Of a DNA stretch of 64,000 bases, positions 56,263 to 64,000 are shown piece after piece. Each line of letters begins with the position of its first letter. The stretch's first letter is position 1. The notes beneath the pieces are model-generated. The model was not told the origin of the DNA. It saw nothing but the letters and a program-made list of their open reading frames with translations, and made no database searches. The position numbers and the translations under genes were made by a program. The stretch spans positions 1,185-65,184 of the forward strand of contig JANWJD010000223.1 in NCBI GenBank assembly GCA_025449555.1. Reading direction: 5' to 3'. Origin of the DNA: Chloroflexota bacterium. GTDB lineage: Bacteria; Chloroflexota; UBA5177.

Positions 56263-58761
56263 ATGCGAGTACCTCTGGAATGGCTGTCCGACTTCGTCGA
56301 CTTCGAACTCTCGACCGACGAGCTGGCCGAACGTCTCACCATGACCGGTTTGAACGTAGAGGGGATCGAACGTCCCTCGGTGGAATGGCGTGACGTCATC
56401 ATCGGCCAGGTGGTCGAGCTTGAACCGCATCCACACTCCCGCAATCCGCTCAACGTCGCTCAAGTCGACATCGGGCATCAGAGGATCACCATCGTGACCG
56501 GGGCGCCAAACATACGCGTGGGCGACAAAGTGCCCGTCGTGCTGGTGGGTGGCCGTCTACCGCACGGTCCCGATGGAAACGCTGTCACAATCGAAGCCAA
56601 GCCGATGGCGGGTATCACATCTCACGGTATGCTCGGATCGGAGCGGGAGCTTGGCCTGTCGGACGAGCACTCCGGCATCTATATTCTGCCCCCCGACGCA
56701 CCCGTTGGTTCCCCGCTCGTTTCGGTCATGGGCGGGGATGTTCTCGACCTTGAAACCGTTTCGAATCGTCCGGACACGCTGTCCATCGTGGGGATCGCGC
56801 GCGAGACGGCCGCGATCACCCAGCAGCAGGTCGTCATGCCGGATGTCACGGCCATCAACGGTTCCGTGCAGTGGATCGACCAACCGAGCATCGAATTACA
56901 GATCGACGTTCCGGAACTGTGCCCTCGCTTCTCGGCGATGCGAATCGAAGGTGTCGCTGCGGTGCCGTCGCCCACCTGGCTAGCGTCCAGACTCGAAGCG
57001 GCCGGACAGCGCCCCATCAACCTGCTGGTGGATCTCACCAACTACGTGATGCTCGAGTACGGTCAGCCCATGCACGCTTTCGATGCCGACCGTCTTCAGT
57101 CGAATCGGATTGTGGTGCGCCTCGCTCGATCCGGCGAAACCGTTCGCACCCTGGATGGCGTGATTCGCTCGCTTCCTGCCGATGCGGTCGTCGTGGCCGA
57201 CGGCGAGCGAGCGGTGTCCGTGGCAGGCATCATCGGTGGGGAAGAGAGCGAGATTACGGACCAGACCACCACCCTGTTGCTCGAAGCGGCCACCTGGGAC
57301 GCTCCGAACATCCGTTTCACGGCCAAAGCGCTGGGAGTACGGACTGAAGCGTCGAGTCGCTTCGAAAAGGGACAGCAGCCCGAGACGACCGTGCCTGCGA
57401 TTTTCCGCTTCCTGCAACTTTTGGCTCAGATTACGGATCGACCACTGCGCGTGTCCCGTCTCTCCGATTGCGTGGCGCGCGAACCGGAAGATCGAACCGT
57501 AACCATGCCGCTGCGCGATCTGGATCGACTGGTCGGCGTGCCGATCGATGCGGACACCGCCGCCGAGCAACTGAGTCTGCTCGGGTTCGGAGTCGTCATT
57601 GAGGACACCGCAATTTCGGCTGTGGTTCCATATTGGCGCCGGGTGGACATCGAACAGTCGGCCGATCTGGTGGAAGAGGTGGCACGTTTGGTCGGTTTCG
57701 ACTCGCTTCCGGCCACCTTGCCTCGTCGCACCATGCGACCGCCGGTGACTGATCCGAGGCGCAGGTGGGAGGAGATCATTCGTGAACGGCTGCTCGCCGG
57801 TGGCGCGAACGAAATCACGACCCACAGCCTCACCTCCTACGCCGCGATGGCGCGATTGTTCCTGCCCGGCCGGCGGTCTGCCTCACCTCAAGAAATGCCC
57901 TGGGAGACGATCATCCCCAATCCCGAGGGAGTACCGGCACGTCGCGCCGTCATCGAGCCGGTCAAGTTGTTGAATCCCGCGACCATTGAGCGAGAGATTC
58001 TGCGCATGACGCTGCTTCCCAGCGTGCTTGATGTCGTCTCGCGTAACCTCAAAAACAGCGACGAACGCCTCGTATTTTTCGAAATTGACCGCACCTTCTT
58101 CCACCGACACGATGACTTGCCCTACGAGCGAGAGACACTCGCAATTGCCCTCTCAGGTGAGAGGCATATGCGACACTGGTCGGAACCGCAGCCCGGTCCA
58201 TACACGTTTTTTGACATGAAGGGCCTGCTCGAGGCGTTGCTGCACTCCACCCAGCTACAGAACTGGGAATCCATTTCCACCGCTCACCCGTCGCTGCATC
58301 CCGGCCGGTCCGCGTCGTTGCGCGTGGGCGACCGCGAATTTGCAATCTTTGGACAGGTACACCCCGAAGTTGCGCACAGCTTCGAGCTCGACACCTTTCC
58401 GGTGATGGTGGCTGAGGTCGACCTCGATGCCTTGATTGGCGCGGCCGGCGCCCCGCGACTCTTCCGCGAGCTTCCCCGCTATCCCGCCGCCTATCGAGAC
58501 CTGGCTGTGGTCGTGTCGCGCGATCTCCCGGCTGCGCGGCTCCAGCAGGTGGTACGACGAGAAGGTGGAGACGTGCTCGAGTCTGCCCGCATCTTTGATG
58601 TGTACGAAGGCCCTCAGGTGCCGCCGGATCAAAAGAGTATCGCGGTTGAAATGGCGTTGCGTTCCGCCAATACCACGCTCACGCAGGAAGACGTCGAGAC
58701 TGTCATGCTCCGTATCGTCGGCGCGATTGAGCACGAACTGGGCGGCACCATACGAGATTGA
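56263..58761 (+). CDS. pheT: phenylalanine--tRNA ligase beta subunit
   Basis: MRVPLEWLSDFVD N-terminus, tRNA-binding domain, and B3/4, B5 and FDX-ACB domains in order. Confidence 0.97.
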   Translation: MRVPLEWLSDFVDFELSTDELAERLTMTGLNVEGIERPSVEWRDVIIGQVVELEPHPHSRNPLNVAQVDIGHQRITIVTGAPNIRVGDKVPVVLVGGRLPHGPDGNAVTIEAKPMAGITSHGMLGSERELGLSDEHSGIYILPPDAPVGSPLVSVMGGDVLDLETVSNRPDTLSIVGIARETAAITQQQVVMPDVTAINGSVQWIDQPSIELQIDVPELCPRFSAMRIEGVAAVPSPTWLASRLEAAGQRPINLLVDLTNYVMLEYGQPMHAFDADRLQSNRIVVRLARSGETVRTLDGVIRSLPADAVVVADGERAVSVAGIIGGEESEITDQTTTLLLEAATWDAPNIRFTAKALGVRTEASSRFEKGQQPETTVPAIFRFLQLLAQITDRPLRVSRLSDCVAREPEDRTVTMPLRDLDRLVGVPIDADTAAEQLSLLGFGVVIEDTAISAVVPYWRRVDIEQSADLVEEVARLVGFDSLPATLPRRTMRPPVTDPRRRWEEIIRERLLAGGANEITTHSLTSYAAMARLFLPGRRSASPQEMPWETIIPNPEGVPARRAVIEPVKLLNPATIEREILRMTLLPSVLDVVSRNLKNSDERLVFFEIDRTFFHRHDDLPYERETLAIALSGERHMRHWSEPQPGPYTFFDMKGLLEALLHSTQLQNWESISTAHPSLHPGRSASLRVGDREFAIFGQVHPEVAHSFELDTFPVMVAEVDLDALIGAAGAPRLFRELPRYPAAYRDLAVVVSRDLPAARLQQVVRREGGDVLESARIFDVYEGPQVPPDQKSIAVEMALRSANTTLTQEDVETVMLRIVGAIEHELGGTIRD

Positions 58762-58805
58762 CGAGAGCCCCCGTCGTCGATCCCGACCCGGTAAAATAGA
58801 GGTTC

Positions 58806-61142
58806 ATGAACGACAAGACACTCGCGACCCTCGAGTTCCCCAAGATCCTCGAACAGGTGCAGGAGCTAGCCGGCTTTTCGGCGGGAAAGGAGGCCGTTGC
58901 CCAGCTTCGGCCATCTTCGGATCTGGATACCTGCAAGCAGCGCATCAGTCAGACGACCGAGGCTCGATTGTTGCTCGAGGCGCGACCCTCCACCCACCTG
59001 GGCGGCGCCCACGATGTGCGTCCGGCCGTGCAGCGCGCCACCGTCGGAGCAGTCCTCACGCCGCGCGAGCTGCTCGAAATTGGTGAGACTTTGCATGCCT
59101 CCGCTCGCCTCCGCTCTGCCATCCTCAGGGACGAGTTAGATATACCGTGGTTGCGGCGTCGTGCCCAGAATCTCACCGAGAACCACGTTCTGGTGGAGGC
59201 GTTGGAACAGACGCTGAGTGACCGAGGCGAGATCCTCGACTCGGCAAGTCCCGCCCTGCGCCGCCTGCGCCAGGAGATTCGGACTGCCGAGGGTCGCCTG
59301 ATGGATCGGCTCAACAGCATGGTGACATCCACCGAGCATCGGAGCTCGCTTCAAGAACCGATCGTCACTATGCGAAACGGTCGCTATGTCATACCCGTTC
59401 GATCCGACTCAAAGAGCAAAGTGCCCGGCATCGTGCACGATCAATCGGCCAGTGGCCAGACGGTCTTTGTCGAGCCGCTGGCGGTGACGGAACTGAATAA
59501 TCGTCTCAAGGAACTTCAACTTGAAGAAGAACGTGAGATCGAGCGCATTCTCCGTGCACTCTCGGATCGCGTGGCGTCACATGCGCCCGAGTTGCGCTCC
59601 TCGGTTGAGGCACTGGTCGAAATCGATGTTGCCTTCGCCAAGGCGAAGTATGCCTCGGCTCACAACGCCGTTCCACCCACGCTGAACGATGCTGGACGCA
59701 CCAATCTCGTGCAGGCACGGCACCCACTCTTGCACGGCAACGTCGTGCCCATCTCCATCTGGCTCGGAACCGAATTTCGAGTGCTTGTCATCACCGGTCC
59801 GAATACGGGAGGTAAGACGGTTGCACTCAAAACGATCGGTCTCCTGACCCTCATGGCCCAGGCGGGTTTGCATGTGCCGGCCGAAAGCGAGTCCGAGTTG
59901 GCGGTGTACCCCAGAATCTTCGTCGACATCGGCGATGAGCAGAGTATCGAACAGAGTCTCAGCACGTTCTCCTCTCATATGAGGAACATCATCTCCATGT
60001 TGCCGGACATCGACGCGCACAGCCTGGTGCTGTTGGACGAGCTTGGCGCCGGCACGGATCCAGCCGAAGGGGCGGCGCTGGCCCGCGCCATTCTGACTTC
60101 GTTGCTCGAAAGTGGCGCGCGGGCGGTGGTGACCACCCACTACAGCGAGCTCAAAACGTTCGCCCACGAGGAAGACGGAGTGGAGAACGCGAGCGTCGAG
60201 TTCGATGTGGAACAACTGACGCCGACATATCGTTTGATCATCGGTCTGCCGGGACGCAGCCAGGCGCTGGCTATTGCCAACCGGCTCGGTATGCCGCAGC
60301 GGGTGCTGGCTATAGCTCGCCAGAACGTGTCGGCTGGCGCGGTTCGAGTTGAGAAGCTGCTCGCGCAGATTCAGAACGAGCGCCGCGAGATCGGTCAGCT
60401 GTACGAACGGGCTCGTGACCTCCACCAGGATGCGCGCAAACTACGCGATCGCTTGCAAGCCGAATTGAGGTCCGTAAAGCGCGAGCGTGAGGACATTCTG
60501 GCACAGGCAAGGATCGAGGCGTCCGGTATCCTTCGGGATCTGCGGTCCCAGTTGCGAAATATCGAAGAAACCGCCGGAGGCGGAGGAAGCCGGCGCGAGC
60601 AACGCGAACTCCGTGCTCGGGTGGATGAGGTGCAAAACGTCGCGGCCGCCGCACTTGGGGCGCCGGCAAGCGATGTAGAGCCGGCCGAGACGGCGATCCA
60701 GTCACTGCGCCAGGGCGCGACTGTGCAAATCCTTTCTCTACAACAAGAGGGCACTTTGCTGTCCGTGCGGGACGGCGAGGCGGAAGTCCAGCTCGGGCAG
60801 TTCACAATGCGGGTCCCGACGGACGACTTACAGGTGCTCAGCAAGAAGCAGCGTGAACCGGAACGCCGGGTCGAAGTGCACGTCTCGAGCCCCGCGCCAC
60901 CGATGGAACTAGACCTTCGCGGTTGGCGGGCGGACGACGCCGTGCGCGAGGTCGATCAGTATCTTCACGACAACTACGTACACGGGCAGGGCACGGTCCG
61001 CATCGTTCACGGCAAAGGGACCGGCGCACTTCGCAAAGCGATAAGAGAGCAACTGGACACCAATCCGCTGGTCCAGAGCCATGCGACCGAGCAGCGCGAA
61101 CTGGGCGGCGACGGCGTCACAGTCGTCAAGCTCGCCGTATGA
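58806..61142 (+). CDS. mutS2: endonuclease MutS2 (MutS domain V ATPase plus C-terminal Smr)
   Basis: Walker A GPNTGGKT, DELGAGTDP, and a C-terminal Smr domain (LDLRGWRADDAVREVDQYL...IVHGKGTGALR). Confidence 0.95.
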   Translation: MNDKTLATLEFPKILEQVQELAGFSAGKEAVAQLRPSSDLDTCKQRISQTTEARLLLEARPSTHLGGAHDVRPAVQRATVGAVLTPRELLEIGETLHASARLRSAILRDELDIPWLRRRAQNLTENHVLVEALEQTLSDRGEILDSASPALRRLRQEIRTAEGRLMDRLNSMVTSTEHRSSLQEPIVTMRNGRYVIPVRSDSKSKVPGIVHDQSASGQTVFVEPLAVTELNNRLKELQLEEEREIERILRALSDRVASHAPELRSSVEALVEIDVAFAKAKYASAHNAVPPTLNDAGRTNLVQARHPLLHGNVVPISIWLGTEFRVLVITGPNTGGKTVALKTIGLLTLMAQAGLHVPAESESELAVYPRIFVDIGDEQSIEQSLSTFSSHMRNIISMLPDIDAHSLVLLDELGAGTDPAEGAALARAILTSLLESGARAVVTTHYSELKTFAHEEDGVENASVEFDVEQLTPTYRLIIGLPGRSQALAIANRLGMPQRVLAIARQNVSAGAVRVEKLLAQIQNERREIGQLYERARDLHQDARKLRDRLQAELRSVKREREDILAQARIEASGILRDLRSQLRNIEETAGGGGSRREQRELRARVDEVQNVAAAALGAPASDVEPAETAIQSLRQGATVQILSLQQEGTLLSVRDGEAEVQLGQFTMRVPTDDLQVLSKKQREPERRVEVHVSSPAPPMELDLRGWRADDAVREVDQYLHDNYVHGQGTVRIVHGKGTGALRKAIREQLDTNPLVQSHATEQRELGGDGVTVVKLAV

Positions 61143-61255
61143 CTCACTCCATGGCCATCGTGCAGGTCGATCTTCGTTAGGCGCGACCGACGTGCCCCCT
61201 TGCGCCACAGCGACCTGACCCTACAAACGCCTTATGTCAGCAATAATTCCTGCCC

Positions 61256-61447
61256 TTACTGCAGCAGAAGCTCGAAATTCACGTGGCGACCACGCCGTGA
61301 AAGGCGAATGCGGGCCGGATACAACACGTCTCCATGTTCGACGTACTGCGTGAGGAGGGAAACAATGAGAGAACCGAAAGCCGCGCCGGCGAACGTCCCC
61401 AACAGAAAGAACCGCACGCGCGTGCCTATCTGGTCTTTCGAACTCAA
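61256..61447 (-). CDS. small hypothetical membrane protein
   Basis: 63-aa ORF directly downstream of rsfS with one hydrophobic segment (FFLLGTFAGAAFGSLIVSLL). No other support. Confidence 0.3.
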   Translation of the reverse strand: MSSKDQIGTRVRFFLLGTFAGAAFGSLIVSLLTQYVEHGDVLYPARIRLSRRGRHVNFELLLQ

Positions 61448-61457
61448 GATGTACCCC

Positions 61458-61841
61458 CTACTGCACTTTTAGCAGGGTCGGCGCGTCGCTCCAGCGCCTC
61501 TCCAGGTCGTAATACTCTCGCTGCTCCTGGCCAAATACGTGAACAATTATCTGGCCGTAGTCTAACAGAACCCACCCGTCTGCGGGCAGGCCTTCGCGCG
61601 CCATGCGATGCACGCCAAGGTCCTTCATGCGCTCCTGAATGGCATTCGCCACGGCGTTGATTTGGCGGTCGCTCGTACCGGTCACAATCAAAAAATAATC
61701 GGCCAGAGTGGTCGCTTTACCGATGTCCAGGATCGTTACGTCGCTGGCCTTTCGGTCAACCGCGACGTCCGCAATATCGCGCACGATGGAGGAGGCGTCG
61801 AACTCGCCTATTTGTACTGTGTCTGGTTGGTGTTGCCGCAT
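61458..61841 (-). CDS. rsfS: ribosome silencing factor RsfS
   Basis: DRKASDVTILDIGKATTLADYFLIVTGTSDRQINAVANAI ... GWVLLDYGQIIVHVF..EQREYYDLERRW. The start could be 61841 or 61877. Confidence 0.85.
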   Translation of the reverse strand: MRQHQPDTVQIGEFDASSIVRDIADVAVDRKASDVTILDIGKATTLADYFLIVTGTSDRQINAVANAIQERMKDLGVHRMAREGLPADGWVLLDYGQIIVHVFGQEQREYYDLERRWSDAPTLLKVQ

Positions 61842-61948
61842 CTGCCCCAGTATACCAGGGTCCAACCTGGGACGCACGTTCTACACGCCGGTCGGTATTG
61901 TATAGGCTGAAATCACGGAGGTACCGATTACCCTTGCAACAATACGAC

Positions 61949-62422
61949 ATGCGATTCACAATCGTCGATCCAACCGGCACGATCAGTTTCGTCGGTGATG
62001 GCTTCTTTATGCTGCCGCTGGTCGCCGCCTGCGCTACCAATCCGGAGACGTTGCCGGCCCTGCTGGCCCGCGTGGACGACATCGATCGACGCCTGCGCAA
62101 TCGAATCTTGAACGGGCTTGCCATATTCGATGAGCACAACGTCGAGGGCAACTACAGGGCCATTCAGGCCGAACTGGAATCCCCCGGCGAAGACCCGGAA
62201 CCAGTGTTTCGCGTGGTGGACGACCTTACCCGCCAGCGCAGTTTGGAACCTACCCGCACCGGCTTGATCATTTTCAACCTGAAGGACCACCGCATCGTTC
62301 AGGTCCTGAACCATTTTTACGCCGTGGAGCGCGCAGGGGAGGTGCATCTGCACACCGGTTCGCGCTACTCGCGTCGCACCGTCACCTACGAACTGCCGGA
62401 ATCCTGGTCCATCGTTCCCTAG
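61949..62422 (+). CDS. hypothetical protein
   Basis: 157 aa from ATG 61949 (MRFTIVDPTG...). Coding-like codon usage. No family recognised. Confidence 0.45.
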   Translation: MRFTIVDPTGTISFVGDGFFMLPLVAACATNPETLPALLARVDDIDRRLRNRILNGLAIFDEHNVEGNYRAIQAELESPGEDPEPVFRVVDDLTRQRSLEPTRTGLIIFNLKDHRIVQVLNHFYAVERAGEVHLHTGSRYSRRTVTYELPESWSIVP

Positions 62423-62482
62423 CGCCGGACCGCGTCGCATGATGTGCAATGGCCCTGCCAGTCAGTACATTCCGACGCAACT

Positions 62483-62615
62483 TCGGTAGGGCAGGCCCGC
62501 GGCGCCAGCCGCAGTGGCCCGCCGCCCTCTTCGGATGCGACCATGCACCCGCGTGCGACCAACCAGGCGGCGGGACACTGTTGACGCGGTCCCGCCTTAC
62601 AGCCCAATCGCGGAC
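62483..62615 (+). repeat. copy B of the ~150-nt GC-rich dispersed intergenic element
   Basis: See copy A. The 46-nt core at 62483-62528 differs by 1 nt. Same orientation, and also located between convergent genes. Confidence 0.8.
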
Positions 62616-62703
62616 GCACGATGCCTCGTGAGTCTGCCCCCATCCCTCGACACACAAAATTTCGTCTGATCCTGCACTCGCGCCGGACTGCAGCCAGGCA
62701 AGC

Positions 62704-64000
62704 TCAAATCCGGTGAGATTGCCCGGTCTTCACACTGAGCTGTTCCAGGCTCTGGTGGACAGACAGCCACTCATCCATGAGGTCGGCCACGGTCTTGAGC
62801 GCTGAGTTGCGATCTTCCGGTGCCATATCCTCGAGCAGCTTGGTAGCGCGCCGATACTGAACGTCGAGTCGGGCGTGGCGGATTCTCGCAATGTGCAAAT
62901 CAATCGCCACCGTCAGCTTGTCGTCGTCGGGCAATGGTGGGCCCTCCGCCCGGAGTCCGTCAGCATATTCGGCTGGTTCTTCGCCCAACTCTTCACGAAA
63001 CAGCTGGTAATCGTAATTCAAGGATCGGCGCCATTCGAGCAGCGCCTTGAGGATTTCGCTATGCTCGGCGCGGTGCAGCCGTAGCTGGTTGAGTTGTTCT
63101 ACCGCGTGGTCAGGGACGACGACCAGCTTCAATAACAAAGAGAGCAGCGATCGCTCCTTGCTCTCGACTGAATCCAGCGACATCCCCTTCGACGTTGTGT
63201 CCTGTACGACTGCCGCTGTTCCTGTGGCCGCTCGCGCACGACCCCGACCGGACGGAGTTCGTCCGCTGGGCATCGAACGCAGCAAAAGTTGCGGGTCGAT
63301 CTGAGTCTCGTTCGCCAGCCGCTGTATCCAGGTCGCCTGCCAGGCGGCCGACTCCGAGAGCTGCCGGATGGGTGGCATGAGGCGATTGATCGCCTCCTCG
63401 CGCCACGCGTCAGTCGAGCGGTCGAGCGATGCCATCGTCTGTCCGAAGTAGAACTCGAAGGCCGGCACGGCCGACTTGATGGAGCTCTCCCAGATTTCCG
63501 GATGTTCTCTGATCAACTCGTCCGGATCGCCCGAATCTTCCGGCAGTCGAGCGATACGGAGTTCGAGTTTGGACGAGCCATCCGAGCTTCGTGATCGGGT
63601 TTGCTTGAACTCAGCCAGTGCCGAAAGGCTGGTTCGGGCCGACGCATTTTGCCCCGCGGGATCGGGATCGAGCGCCAGCACGATCTCGTCGGTTAGCCGG
63701 TCGAGCACCGCAAGCTGTTTGGATGTCACCGCGGTTCCGAGACTGGCCACGACGTTGGTGTAACCCGCGACGTGGGCACGAACGGCATCGAGGTACCCTT
63801 CGACCAGCACCGCCTGGCGGGTCTGGCGCATGCCCTCCACCGCCCGGTGCACCCCAAAGACTACAGAGCTCTTGTCGAAAATCTCGGTTTGGGGGGAATT
63901 GAGGTACTTGGGCTGCTGGTCTTCGTCCAGCGCTCGGGCCCCAAAGCCCAGGATGTGGCCCGCCACATCCCGAATCGGGAACATGAACCGGCCGCGAAAT
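62704..64000 (-). CDS. dnaG: DNA primase (partial; N-terminus lies beyond window end)
   Basis: The reading frame stays open to the window edge (FRGRFMFPIRD..). Toprim region (AVLVEGYLDAV, LDPDPAGQ) and a C-terminal helical domain. Confidence 0.9.
   Translation of the reverse strand, partial: FRGRFMFPIRDVAGHILGFGARALDEDQQPKYLNSPQTEIFDKSSVVFGVHRAVEGMRQTRQAVLVEGYLDAVRAHVAGYTNVVASLGTAVTSKQLAVLDRLTDEIVLALDPDPAGQNASARTSLSALAEFKQTRSRSSDGSSKLELRIARLPEDSGDPDELIREHPEIWESSIKSAVPAFEFYFGQTMASLDRSTDAWREEAINRLMPPIRQLSESAAWQATWIQRLANETQIDPQLLLRSMPSGRTPSGRGRARAATGTAAVVQDTTSKGMSLDSVESKERSLLSLLLKLVVVPDHAVEQLNQLRLHRAEHSEILKALLEWRRSLNYDYQLFREELGEEPAEYADGLRAEGPPLPDDDKLTVAIDLHIARIRHARLDVQYRRATKLLEDMAPEDRNSALKTVADLMDEWLSVHQSLEQLSVKTGQSHRI

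Overview
GC-rich, gene-dense bacterial chromosomal window made up mostly of housekeeping genes. Called genes include accD-accA, smpB, lepA, lutABC, an fhaA-fhaB-rodA-pbpA cell-wall cluster, clpX-clpP-tig, infC-rpmI-rplT, pheS-pheT behind a T-box leader, mutS2, rsfS and a partial dnaG. There are also two two-component systems, an ECF sigma module, an MMPL transporter and three adjacent GT-C type membrane glycosyltransferases. Three tRNAs are present: Lys-UUU, Leu-UAG and Leu-UAA. I found no rRNA, CRISPR array, transposase or integrase. The gene content suggests a high-GC Terrabacteria lineage, Actinobacteria- or Chloroflexi-like. This rests on an MshC-family ligase, the FHA/RodA/PBP cluster, a T-box on pheST and a leaderless-looking start, but the lineage cannot be fixed from this window alone. 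I do not see a convincing multi-gene novel system. The best leads are single loci or non-coding signals: (1) a ~150-nt GC-rich element in two convergent intergenic gaps (7254-7400 and 62483-62615), with a 46-nt near-identical core and a conserved closing helix; (2) four TTYAGA direct repeats spaced 11, 21 and 11 nt apart, sitting between a KdpE-like regulator and an HTH-plus-permease operon; (3) a small His/Cys-rich protein built from two tandem ~51-aa repeats, inside a decayed patch next to tRNA-Lys that also holds a HEPN fragment and a response regulator with a large internal deletion; (4) a stand-alone OLD-type Toprim protein downstream of the MshC-like gene; (5) a small HiPIP-like Cys-motif ORF starting a few nt after tRNA-Leu; (6) infC with an apparent AUC start. 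All functional calls come from reading the translations and the sequence by eye. No database search was run.
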